Source of the DNA: Chloroflexota bacterium
GTDB lineage: Bacteria; Chloroflexota; Limnocylindria; Limnocylindrales; Limnocylindraceae
Direction: 5' to 3'
NCBI GenBank assembly: GCA_003670745.1
Contig: QWQR01000003.1
Location: forward strand, 1-50,507
DNA length: 50,507 nucleotides
The notes under the pieces are model-generated. The model had not been told where the DNA came from and made no database searches. It worked only from the letters and a program-made list of their open reading frames with translations. Every line of letters begins with the position of its first letter. Position 1 is the stretch's first letter. A program made the translations under genes and the position numbers. Below, piece after piece: positions 1 to 8,426 of this stretch.

Positions 1-215
1 AGGCGGCCGCCGCAGGCGCCGCGATCCTTGCAGGGATCGGGAGCGGTACGTACGCCACGATCAGCGAGGCGCTCGACGCCCTGGTGCAGGTCGAGCGCAC
101 CTACGAGCCGACCCCGGCGCGCGCCGAGCAGGCGCGAGAACTTCTCGTTCGATATGAGTCGCTGCGCAAGCGCGATGGCGGGGCCGATCTTCGCGCGGAC
201 GCTCGGGGGGAGTAG
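1..215 (+). CDS. FGGY-family carbohydrate kinase (xylulokinase-like), C-terminal fragment truncated by window start
   Basis: Frame from position 3 reads AAAAGAAILAGIGSGTYATISEALDALVQVERTYEPTPARAEQARELLVRYESL...GE*, with TAG at 213-215. This resembles the typical FGGY C-terminus (A.GAA.LA..G.G......A...V.....EP). Confidence 0.75.
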   Translation, partial: AAAAGAAILAGIGSGTYATISEALDALVQVERTYEPTPARAEQARELLVRYESLRKRDGGADLRADARGE

Positions 216-226
216 CCGCTCCGCCT

Positions 227-1378
227 CTAGCCGCGGCGCTTCGGCTGTACAGATCGCTTCGTAGCAGCCGTCGCGGCGCGCTTCACGCGGCCACTCTTTG
301 CGGCGAGCGCTGCGATCTTCTTGCGACCGGCGCTCGTGGTTGCGGCGGCGCCATCGGCGATCGGGAAGTGGCAGGCGACGCTCACGTTGAGGTTGCGCGG
401 CGACGCGGCGAGGATCGGCTCCTCGGTCGAGCAGCGCTCGGGGTTGCCGAGCTGCTCGCGTAGCCAGCAGCGCGTGCGGAAGCGGCAGCCCGACGGCGGG
501 TTGATCGGCGAGGGGATCTCACCGCTGAGGATCAGCCGGTCTGCCGTGTTGTGCACCTCGATCTTCGGCACCGCCGAGATCAGTGCGACGGTGTACGGAT
601 GCTGCGGCTTGGCGAAGACCTGCTCCACCGGGCCGATCTCAACCACCTTGCCGAGGTACATCACCGCGACGCGGTCGGCGAAGTAACCGACGACATCAAG
701 GTTGTGGCTGATGAAGAGGTAGGTGAGTCCCTGCTCGCGGCGTAGGTCGGCGAGAAGGTTGAGCACCTGGCTCTGGATGGAGACGTCGAGCGCCGAGACC
801 GGCTCGTCGAGCACCACGAAATCGGGCTCAAGGGCGAGCGCGCGCGCGATGCCGACACGCTGACGCTGTCCGCCAGAGAACTCGTGCGGGTAGCGCACGG
901 CGTATTCGGCGGGGAGGCCGACCATCTCGAGCGAGGCGTGCATGCGCTTGCGTTGCGATGCCGCGTTGCCGATCGAGTGCGCGACGAGCCCCTCTTCGAT
1001 CTGGTCGCCGATCGGCAGGCGCGGGTTCAGCGAGCCGAAGGGATCCTGGAAGACGATCTGCATGCGGCGGCGAAGCTGACGGCGCTCTTCGGCGCTGCGA
1101 TCCTTGAGCCGCTTTCCGTCAAACCAGACCTCGCCCGCCGTTGCTGGCTGCAGGCCGAGCGCCACACGGCCGAGCGTCGTCTTTCCAGAGCCCGACTCAC
1201 CGACGATTGCCAGTGTCTCGCCGCGCGCGACGGCGAGGTCGACGCCATCGACGGCCTTGACCGACTGGCGCTTGGAGATGAAGGGGATGCCGCCAGCGAT
1301 CGGGAAGTAGCGCTTCACGCCGCGCAACTCGATGAGGTTCTTGCCGTTAACCACCTTGGGCTTGCGCGTCGGGCTCAT
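227..1378 (-). CDS. oppF: Oligopeptide/dipeptide ABC transporter ATP-binding subunit (OppF/AppF type)
   Basis: Walker A GESGSGKT, FSGGQRQR signature, LDEPVSALD, HPYT and PSGCRFRTRC C-terminal oligo_HPY motif. Confidence 0.93.
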   Translation of the reverse strand: MSPTRKPKVVNGKNLIELRGVKRYFPIAGGIPFISKRQSVKAVDGVDLAVARGETLAIVGESGSGKTTLGRVALGLQPATAGEVWFDGKRLKDRSAEERRQLRRRMQIVFQDPFGSLNPRLPIGDQIEEGLVAHSIGNAASQRKRMHASLEMVGLPAEYAVRYPHEFSGGQRQRVGIARALALEPDFVVLDEPVSALDVSIQSQVLNLLADLRREQGLTYLFISHNLDVVGYFADRVAVMYLGKVVEIGPVEQVFAKPQHPYTVALISAVPKIEVHNTADRLILSGEIPSPINPPSGCRFRTRCWLREQLGNPERCSTEEPILAASPRNLNVSVACHFPIADGAAATTSAGRKKIAALAAKSGRVKRAATAATKRSVQPKRRG

Positions 1379-2535
1379 CGCGCGGCCTTGCGCTTTGCAG
1401 GGGCCTTCACAGGGCGCTTCGCTCCGCCTGCAGCCGCACGCTTTGCGGTTGATGTTGGGCGGGCTCCGCGCGCGATCTCATCGGCGCGTAGGCAGCGAAC
1501 CGCGCGGCCCCCGCCGGTGGATTCAAGCTGCGGCATGGTCTTTGCGCAGGCTGCCACAGCGAAGCGGCAGCGCGGATGGAAGCGGCAGCCGGTCGGGAAG
1601 TGCGCAGGCGACGGGACGTTGCCGCTGATCGTGGAGAGCCCCTTACCGCGGCGCTCATACGAAGGGATCGATGAGACGAGGTCGATCGCGTAGGGGCTCG
1701 CCGGCTTGCGCAGCAGCGTTGCGGCGGGGCCCTCTTCGACGATCTGTCCGGCGTACATGACCGCCACGCGGTCGGCGGTCTCAGCGACGACACCAAGGTC
1801 GTGAGTGATGAGCAGGAGCGCGGTGCCGCGCTCGCGCGTGGTGCGGCGCAGCAGGTCAAGCACCTGCGCTTGGATCGTGACGTCGAGGGCGGTGGTCGGC
1901 TCGTCGGCAATGATCAGCTCCGGCTCGCCGGCGAGCGCCATCGCGATCATCGCGCGCTGACGCATGCCGCCCGAAAGCTCGTGCGGGTACTGCTTGGCGC
2001 GACGCGCCGGCTGGGCAATCTCAACCTGCTCGAGGTATTCGATCGCCTTTGCATTTGCCGTCTTCCAGTTGCCCCGGTCGTGGGCGACGAGCACCTCGGC
2101 GATCTGCTCACCGATCGTGGTGACGGGGTTGAGCGCGGAGAGCGGCTCTTGGAAGATCATGCTGATCCCGCCGCCGCGGATCTTGCGCATGTACGACTCT
2201 GGCTTGCCGAGCAACTCCTCGCCGAGAAACTTCACCGAGCCTTCAACGATCGCCTGGTTCTTTGCGAGGAGTCCGATCGTGGCGAGCGCCGAGACGCTCT
2301 TTCCGGACCCAGACTCACCGACGACGGCGAGGCACTCGCCCTTCGCGACCGAGAAGGAGACGTTCTCAACGACCTTGATCACGCCCGTCGCGGTGCGGAA
2401 CGAGACGTTGAGGTTCGTGACCTCAACGACGTTCTTGTTTCGACCTGTCGCCTTGGCGCGGCTCACGGCCGCGGTGCGGCTCACGGCCGCGGTGCGGCTC
2501 GCAGCGCGCGGCGTACGTGTCGTGCGCGGGCTCAC
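1375..2535 (-). CDS. oppD: Oligopeptide/dipeptide ABC transporter ATP-binding subunit (OppD/AppD type)
   Basis: GESGSGKS, LSGGMRQR, IADEPTTALD, GCRFHPRC. Start reassigned to the GTG at 2535, which overlaps the oppC stop (GTGA); the ORF-track start at 2637 lies inside oppC. Confidence 0.92.
   Translation of the reverse strand: MSPRTTRTPRAASRTAAVSRTAAVSRAKATGRNKNVVEVTNLNVSFRTATGVIKVVENVSFSVAKGECLAVVGESGSGKSVSALATIGLLAKNQAIVEGSVKFLGEELLGKPESYMRKIRGGGISMIFQEPLSALNPVTTIGEQIAEVLVAHDRGNWKTANAKAIEYLEQVEIAQPARRAKQYPHELSGGMRQRAMIAMALAGEPELIIADEPTTALDVTIQAQVLDLLRRTTRERGTALLLITHDLGVVAETADRVAVMYAGQIVEEGPAATLLRKPASPYAIDLVSSIPSYERRGKGLSTISGNVPSPAHFPTGCRFHPRCRFAVAACAKTMPQLESTGGGRAVRCLRADEIARGARPTSTAKRAAAGGAKRPVKAPAKRKAAR
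2461..2500. repeat. 18-nt direct tandem repeat (GCTCACGGCCGCGGTGCG x2 plus partial) in the oppD 5' end, encoding RTAAVS x2
   Basis: Read directly: 2461-2478 is identical to 2479-2496. Confidence 0.9.
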
Positions 2536-3503
2536 TTCACACCTCGGGGGTCGAGAGCGGCGCGCAGTGCGTCGCCGATCATGTTCACGGAGAGCGAGGT
2601 GAGCACGATGAAGAGGCCAGGGAAGCCGATCCACCACCAGTTCCCCTGCTGCAGGAACTTCGTCGCCTCGGAGAGGATGTTCCCCCAGGTTGGCGTATCG
2701 GCGCTCACGCCGAAGCCGAGGTAGCTAATGAACGCCTCGCCGATGATCGCGCCACCAACTGCGAACGGCGCGGATACGACGACGGGGCCGATCGCGTTCG
2801 GCAAAATGTGTCGGAGGGCGATGCGGACCGGGCGAACGCCGAGCGCGCGCGCCGCCTCAACAAACTCCGTCTCGCGGAGTGCGAGCACCTGGCCGCGCAC
2901 GAGTCGGGCGATCCCCATCCAGCCGAAAGCGATGAAGACGAAGATGAGTGTCCACATTCCGCCGCCGCCCTTCCCCTGGAAGACGGCGCTGAGGAAGAGG
3001 ATCACGAAGAGGCTTGGGATCATGAGGAAGATGTCGGTGAGGCGCATGAGGAACGAGTCGACGCGGCCGCCGAAGAATCCGGAGATCACACCGATGAAGG
3101 TGCCGATGCTGATCCCGCCGAGGGCGGAGAGGAAGCCGATCGCGAGCGAGGTCTTGCCGCCGTTCACCACGAGCGTCAGCACGTCGAGTTGCAGCAGCCC
3201 CGTCTCACCGAACGGGCGACCCCAAGCCGGACCACGCCCGATGAAATTGATTTCGTCCGGCTGCGGCACCGTGTAGAAGTCGAACGGCAGGAGTGCTGAG
3301 CCGATCACCACGAAGACGAAGATGCCAATAAGGATGTAGAGACCCCACGGCCCCATGCGCCCGGCAAAGTAGCGGCGACGCGCCTGCTGCCAGGGGCTCT
3401 CGGAGATTCCACCGACCAACGACGCTGATGCCGCCTTGCGACCACGGCGCGGCGACCCGCCACGTCCAGTGATGCCCAGGAACGCCGTGATGACGTTGCT
3501 CAT
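2532..3503 (-). CDS. oppC: Oligopeptide ABC transporter permease (OppC type)
   Basis: PFGETGLLQLDVLT N-terminal motif, EAA motif (EFVEAARALG), HILPN, PTWGNIL, multiple TM segments. Confidence 0.92.
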   Translation of the reverse strand: MSNVITAFLGITGRGGSPRRGRKAASASLVGGISESPWQQARRRYFAGRMGPWGLYILIGIFVFVVIGSALLPFDFYTVPQPDEINFIGRGPAWGRPFGETGLLQLDVLTLVVNGGKTSLAIGFLSALGGISIGTFIGVISGFFGGRVDSFLMRLTDIFLMIPSLFVILFLSAVFQGKGGGGMWTLIFVFIAFGWMGIARLVRGQVLALRETEFVEAARALGVRPVRIALRHILPNAIGPVVVSAPFAVGGAIIGEAFISYLGFGVSADTPTWGNILSEATKFLQQGNWWWIGFPGLFIVLTSLSVNMIGDALRAALDPRGVK

Positions 3504-4594
3504 AGGCGCACGCGCGGATCGAGGACGGCGTAGAGCACGTCAGAGATGAGGTTGCCGATCGCAACGGCGGCGGCGCCGATCGTGAGGATGCCCATGAGCA
3601 CCGGATAGTCGAGGTTGCCGATTGCGGTCACGGTGAGGCGGCCAACCCCTGGCCAGCTGAAGATCGTTTCAGTGACGAGCGCCCCAGATACGAGGAAGGG
3701 GAAGGCGAGACCGAGGTTTGTGGCGAAGGGGATGAGCCCGGTGCGCAAGATGTGGCGGGTGTTGATGCGCAGCGAGCTGAGCCCCTTCGAACGGGCGGTG
3801 CGCACATGCTCCATTCCCATCGACTCAATGACGCTCTGGCGCACGTAGCGCGAGTCGCCGGCGATCGAGACCGTTACGAGGGTTACCACGGGAAGGATCA
3901 GGTGGCGCGCCAAGTCGGCGATCGCCGTTCCAGCCTGGCTCGCGAAGTAGGGCCAATAGGCGTCGCTGCCGAAGGCGGGGGAGAGGCGCCCGTCGGTCAT
4001 GCCACTTACTGGGGTGAGGTGCAGCGTCACCGCAAAGATCCAGATAAGGGCGAAGCCGAGGATGAAGGTGGGGAAGGAGTTCAGCACGTAGGTGACGACG
4101 CTCACGATGTTGTCGAACCGCCCGCCGCTCTTGAGGCCGGTCGCCACGCCGAGGACCACGGCAAGCGAAAGCCAAATCAGTGCCGAGAGCGAGCCAAGGA
4201 TGAACGTGGGAAGGAGCGCCCCTGCCAGTCGGTCAATGACGCGGCTCCCGTTCTCGTAAGAGAAGCCGAAGTCGCCGTGGGCGATTCCGGTGTCGACCCC
4301 CGAGAGGAAGGTGGGGAGGATTGTCGGGAGTCCCGTCGTGCCGAGGAGTGCGTCAAGGCCGTCGGCATCACGACGGCAGGCGCCGAGCCAGCGGCAGTAC
4401 TGAACGGGGATCGGCTTGTCGAGGCCGAGCGCCTTCACGTATGCCTGCCGCTGCTGCGGAGTGAACCTCGGGTTGTTCGCGTACTTCTGCTCGGGGCCGC
4501 CAGGTGCGGCGAGAAGGAGTGCGTAGATGAGGACGGTGGTGCCGAGCAGAATCAGGAGGCTCGCGCCGATGCGCCGGAGCACGAACTTCAGCAT
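3500..4594 (-). CDS. oppB: Oligopeptide ABC transporter permease (OppB type)
   Basis: GLDKPIPVQY, GDFGFSY, HVRTARSKGLS, ETIFSWPGVG, DYPVLMG, LDPRVRL. Confidence 0.92.
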   Translation of the reverse strand: MLKFVLRRIGASLLILLGTTVLIYALLLAAPGGPEQKYANNPRFTPQQRQAYVKALGLDKPIPVQYCRWLGACRRDADGLDALLGTTGLPTILPTFLSGVDTGIAHGDFGFSYENGSRVIDRLAGALLPTFILGSLSALIWLSLAVVLGVATGLKSGGRFDNIVSVVTYVLNSFPTFILGFALIWIFAVTLHLTPVSGMTDGRLSPAFGSDAYWPYFASQAGTAIADLARHLILPVVTLVTVSIAGDSRYVRQSVIESMGMEHVRTARSKGLSSLRINTRHILRTGLIPFATNLGLAFPFLVSGALVTETIFSWPGVGRLTVTAIGNLDYPVLMGILTIGAAAVAIGNLISDVLYAVLDPRVRL

Positions 4595-4730
4595 GGCCCT
4601 CCCCTTTCGACGCTCTCGACGCGTAGCCTGAGCGCCAGTCTTCCTGCGCTCGCGATCTTAGCCGACCTCATCAACCCCTGTGCCTTGCACCGCAGGAGGC
4701 GAAGAGCCGGCCCATGAGGGGGGGAAAGCG

Positions 4731-4762
4731 TGAGGGGTGGGGCCTTGCGGCCCCACCCCTCA
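4731..4762 (-). terminator. Strong intercistronic hairpin between oppA and oppB (14-bp stem, GCAA tetraloop on the transcript); partial terminator or mRNA-stabilising element
   Basis: TGAGGGGTGGGGCC-ttgc-GGCCCCACCCCTCA perfect inverted repeat, followed on the minus strand only by a weak CGCTTT tract. Confidence 0.65.
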
Positions 4763-4806
4763 GTGCTACGCCTTCACGGCCTTGCGGCCGTGTTGCGGTA
4801 ACTCGT

Positions 4807-6552
4807 TCAGTTCTTGAGCGAGATGTCGCCTGCGTTCCAGAGCGGCCCGGCCTGGGTCGGGTTCTGGAGGAAGCCAACAACCTTGTCGCTCACGAGCTCG
4901 ATCCCCATCCAGTAATAGAGGGGAATCTCGACGTTCTGATCGGCCATGACCTTCTGGGCATTCGCCGCAGCCGCAGCGATCTTGTCCAGGTCGATCGTGC
5001 CCTTGATCACCTCAAGCTCCTTGTCGAGCGCTGGGATGCTCACCTTTGCGTCGTTCTGACCGTCCGGCTCAACCGCCGACGTGTGATAGACGCTGTAAAG
5101 CGAGACAGCCTCGATGCCCGAGCTGTACGCGTGGAGCGCGACGTCGAAGTTCCCGCGCGAAAGGTTGCACGAGAGGTCTTCGGTCGACTCGGTCCACGGC
5201 GCAAAGATCGTGCCGCCACCGTTGTACACGGCGCGGATACCGATCTTGGCAAGGTCACCCGCCACGTAGGCAATGGTCGACTTGCGGACCGGCTTCATCG
5301 TGGTACAGAACTCGAGGATTGCCGACGTGCCGTCCTTCTCAACGACGCCGTCGCCGTTCGAATCGACCCAACCGGCGTCGGTGAGGGTCTTCTTCGCGGC
5401 GGCCAGGTCGAAGGTCGGCGGATTCTGCTTGGCAAAGAACCAGGCGCTCGGCGTGACGCTTGACGTGGCAACCACGCCAGCCTCACCGAGGATTCGGGTC
5501 CAGATGCCCTCCTTATCCGTGGCCTGGGCGAGCGCCTTGCGCATCGCTGGGTCGGACATTGGGCAGCCAGGGCCGCGAACCGACTTCACCGGCTCGAAGA
5601 TCGAGCAGTCGGTGGCCGAGTGGTTCGGGCGGAAGAACTCATAGGTAAAGGTCGCCTGGGTGTACTGCTGCGTGCCCAGGTCCTTCGTCGTCGCGTAGTC
5701 GTTGCCGGTGAGGTCGGTCACGATGTCCAACTCACCGTTGCGGAACTTCGCGATACAGGTGTCTGGGTCCCCGCAGACCACGTACTTGAGGCTGTCGAGG
5801 CGAGTGGCAGTTCCCGTGATCGGGTTCTTCCACTTGTCGTTGCGGACCATGACGGTCTCAACGCCCTCGGTGCGGCTACCGAACTTGAACGCGCCCGAGA
5901 CGGGGACGTTCGGAAGGTCCTCAGTGCGGAAGCCCGCACCCATGACCATGTCGGTGGCGGCGTTGCCGTCGCCAACGGTGAACTTCTCGAAGTAGTGCTT
6001 CGGCATGATCGAAACGCCGCCGTACACGCCGGAGTAGAGCTCCGAGTAGTGCAAGACGATCGTCGTGTCATTCGGGCACTCGACCTTGGAGATCTCCTTC
6101 GTGCCGGTCGTGTTGACCGGGTTGTTCGGGAGAAGGATCCAGTCGTGGGTGTAGGCCGCGTCGGCGCAGGTGATCGGCTGGCCGTCAGACCAGACAAGAC
6201 CGTCGCGGAGCGTCCAAGTAACGGTCATCGCGTCGCCGTCGACGCCTGGGAGCTTGATCCCGCCGTTCTTGATGTCAGGGATTGCCGTGGCCATCCACGG
6301 AACGTACTTCGCCTCGTTGCTGAGGCTGACGAGTCCGTCCCATGCCGTGGCGAGAACGTTCGCCGACATGACGGTGCTGTAGTAGAACGGGTGCAGGCTG
6401 TCGACATCCTGGTAGTCACCCACCAAGAGCGTACCGCCGCTGGCGCCTTCGCCCGGCTTGTACGAGCCGACAATGCTGGCGCCACCGCCGCATGCCCCAG
6501 CGACCATCGCGGCACTTACCGCAAACGCCGCGAGAAGCGTCGTCTTTCGCAT
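4807..6552 (-). CDS. oppA: Family 5 (OppA/DppA-like) ABC substrate-binding lipoprotein
   Basis: Lipoprotein signal with lipobox VAGA-C, WTLRDGLVWSDGQPIT family-5 motif, GAFKF, PLYY near the C-terminus; SD AGGAG upstream. Confidence 0.9.
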   Translation of the reverse strand: MRKTTLLAAFAVSAAMVAGACGGGASIVGSYKPGEGASGGTLLVGDYQDVDSLHPFYYSTVMSANVLATAWDGLVSLSNEAKYVPWMATAIPDIKNGGIKLPGVDGDAMTVTWTLRDGLVWSDGQPITCADAAYTHDWILLPNNPVNTTGTKEISKVECPNDTTIVLHYSELYSGVYGGVSIMPKHYFEKFTVGDGNAATDMVMGAGFRTEDLPNVPVSGAFKFGSRTEGVETVMVRNDKWKNPITGTATRLDSLKYVVCGDPDTCIAKFRNGELDIVTDLTGNDYATTKDLGTQQYTQATFTYEFFRPNHSATDCSIFEPVKSVRGPGCPMSDPAMRKALAQATDKEGIWTRILGEAGVVATSSVTPSAWFFAKQNPPTFDLAAAKKTLTDAGWVDSNGDGVVEKDGTSAILEFCTTMKPVRKSTIAYVAGDLAKIGIRAVYNGGGTIFAPWTESTEDLSCNLSRGNFDVALHAYSSGIEAVSLYSVYHTSAVEPDGQNDAKVSIPALDKELEVIKGTIDLDKIAAAAANAQKVMADQNVEIPLYYWMGIELVSDKVVGFLQNPTQAGPLWNAGDISLKN

Positions 6553-6621
6553 GATTTCTCCTCCTATCCGGACCCCCGACGGGGGCCCACACGATATGAA
6601 GCGCGATCTGCGCTTGGGCGA

Positions 6622-6627
6622 ATCCTA
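6622..6627 (-). promoter_or_regulatory. Probable -10 box (TAGGAT) of the opp operon promoter
   Basis: TANNNT hexamer about 70 nt upstream of the oppA ATG; no clear -35. Confidence 0.4.
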
Positions 6628-6704
6628 GCGGAGCGTGCTCCCCCTGCGCGACCCTCGTCGCACGCCAGGGGGTCTTTGACCCTGTGCGGCGCCTGCGGTT
6701 GGAC

Positions 6705-7373
6705 TTAGGGCTGGAGGCGTCGGATCTCCCAGGGGGCGTTGGGGGCGGGGCGCTGGTACTCAAATCGGTCGTGGAGGCGGTGGCGCCCCCCCTGCCAGAA
6801 CTCCCAACGATCAGGGGACAGGCGGTAGCCGCCCCAGTGTGGCGGGAGGGGGATCGGCGGGGCGGCCGCGCCGCCCTCGGGGTGTGCGGCCGCCGCTGCG
6901 GCGAGGAGGGCCTCCAGGTCGGCGCGGGTGGCGATCGTCTCCCCCTGGGCGCTTGCCCAGGCGCCGAGCTGGCTCTCGCGGGGGCGCGTCGCGAAGTAGG
7001 CGGCAGATGCCGCCGGGTCGAGCGGAGCAACTGGCCCGGAGCAGCGGACCTGACGTTCGAGAGTTGGCCACCACATGGTGAGCGCCGCGCGCGGGTTCGC
7101 GGCGAGGTCGCGCCCCTTCCTGCTGAGGTGGTTCGTATAAAAGTCGAGCCCCGCGTCGTCGATGCCACGGACGAGGATCATGCGAACGCTCGGCTCGCCG
7201 GTGGCGCTGGCGGTCGCGAGTGCCGCGGCGAGCGGCTCGGGGGCACCTGCGTCGATCGCCGCCGCAATCCAGGCGCGGAGTTGCGCGACGGGATCGTGTT
7301 GTAGGTCGTCGCGGTCGAGCCCCGCCCCCGCGTAGTTGGAGCGCCCGCCAAGCGGTTCGTCGTTGGGCGTCAC
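6705..7373 (-). CDS. pdxH: Pyridoxamine 5'-phosphate oxidase
   Basis: LATASATGEPSVRMILVRG, FYTNHLSRKG, RPRESQLGAW, WGGYRLSPDRWEFWQG..RLHDR. Confidence 0.93.
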   Translation of the reverse strand: MTPNDEPLGGRSNYAGAGLDRDDLQHDPVAQLRAWIAAAIDAGAPEPLAAALATASATGEPSVRMILVRGIDDAGLDFYTNHLSRKGRDLAANPRAALTMWWPTLERQVRCSGPVAPLDPAASAAYFATRPRESQLGAWASAQGETIATRADLEALLAAAAAAHPEGGAAAPPIPLPPHWGGYRLSPDRWEFWQGGRHRLHDRFEYQRPAPNAPWEIRRLQP

Positions 7374-7407
7374 GGTGTTCGTCGAATCGTTGATGCGCGC
7401 GCCGTTG

Positions 7408-8100
7408 CTAGGCGAGCCCGGCGGGCGACTCGAGCCTGCTCTTCAGGTCGCCAAGGAACGTTGCGACGAGTGCGCCGTCAACGGCGCGGTGATCGGCCGA
7501 GAGTGTTGCGGTGAGCATCTGCCGTGCGACCACGACGCCGTCGCGTACCACGGCACGCGCCTCGCTCTTGCCGGTCGCAAGGATCGCGACCTGCGGCGGC
7601 GTGACGATCGCGGTGAACTGCGTTACCGGGAAGGCGCCGAGGTTGCTGAGGGTGAAGGTCGCGTCGGAGAATTCGGCGGGGCGCAACTTATTCGCCTTGG
7701 TGCGCGCCACCAGATCGCGTAGCTCCGCCGAAAGCGTCGGGAGATCCTTGTTCGCGCAGTCGAGGAGCGCTGGGGCGATGAGCCCGTCGGGGATCGCGAT
7801 CGCGATGCCGATGTTGATCGCGTCGACGCGCTCGAGCGCCTCGCCGCTCCACACGGCGTTGAGCGCCGGCGCCGCCGCGAGCGACTGAGCGAGCGCGCGC
7901 ACAATCCACGCGGTGAGGGTGACGCGGTCGTCGCCGCTGCGCCCCTCATTGATAGCGTTGTTGGCAGCGATCACCGCCTCCATCTCGATATCGGTCGAGA
8001 CGTAGAAGTGGGGCGCCTTCGATTTTGATTCGACCATGCGGCGGCTGATCGCCGCGCGCATCGGCGTGAAGGTGACCGGCGTGCGGCCGGGCTTCTCCAC
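7408..8100 (-). CDS. 2-oxoacid dehydrogenase E2 acyltransferase, stand-alone catalytic domain
   Basis: MRAAISRRMVESK..APHFY, INIGIAIA.PDGLIAP, TFTLSNLG, LSADHRAVDG (catalytic His-Asp motif). No lipoyl or E3-binding domain. Confidence 0.88.
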   Translation of the reverse strand: MEKPGRTPVTFTPMRAAISRRMVESKSKAPHFYVSTDIEMEAVIAANNAINEGRSGDDRVTLTAWIVRALAQSLAAAPALNAVWSGEALERVDAINIGIAIAIPDGLIAPALLDCANKDLPTLSAELRDLVARTKANKLRPAEFSDATFTLSNLGAFPVTQFTAIVTPPQVAILATGKSEARAVVRDGVVVARQMLTATLSADHRAVDGALVATFLGDLKSRLESPAGLA

Positions 8101-8111
8101 CTGCGTACCGC

Positions 8112-8354
8112 CTACTTGCCGTCGTCGATATAGGCGATCACGGCGCCGACTGCGGCCTCGCTGCCGGCGGCGGTCACGATCTCGACGAGGGTGCCAGCGG
8201 TGGGCGCCTCGAACTCCACGGTCGCCTTCTCCGTCTCAAGCTCGCCAATCGGCTGTCCGGCGGTGACGGCGTCGCCGACCTTCGCCTTCCAGCTACCGAT
8301 CTTGCCAACCTCGGTGTCGTAGCCGAGTCGCGGCATCTCTACGGGAACGCGCAT
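8112..8354 (-). CDS. Stand-alone lipoyl (biotin/lipoyl attachment) domain protein
   Basis: MPRLGYD...G.I..W..KVGD.V..G..I.ELETEKATVEFEAP..G; lipoyl Lys in ETEKA; SD AGGAGG upstream. Confidence 0.9.
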   Translation of the reverse strand: MRVPVEMPRLGYDTEVGKIGSWKAKVGDAVTAGQPIGELETEKATVEFEAPTAGTLVEIVTAAGSEAAVGAVIAYIDDGK

Positions 8355-8426
8355 CGGATCCTCCTGGTAGCTCGCCGGGAGGCGAGCCCTAGCCTCAAAC
8401 CTGCCGCATCGCGGCTCGCCGTAAGT

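Noticed and set aside
6553-6704. Stem-loops upstream of oppA (CCCCCTG...CAGGGGG) as a possible riboswitch
   Set aside because: They lie upstream of the likely -10 box (6622-27), so probably outside the transcript, and match no riboswitch consensus I recognise. They may simply end pdxH transcription.
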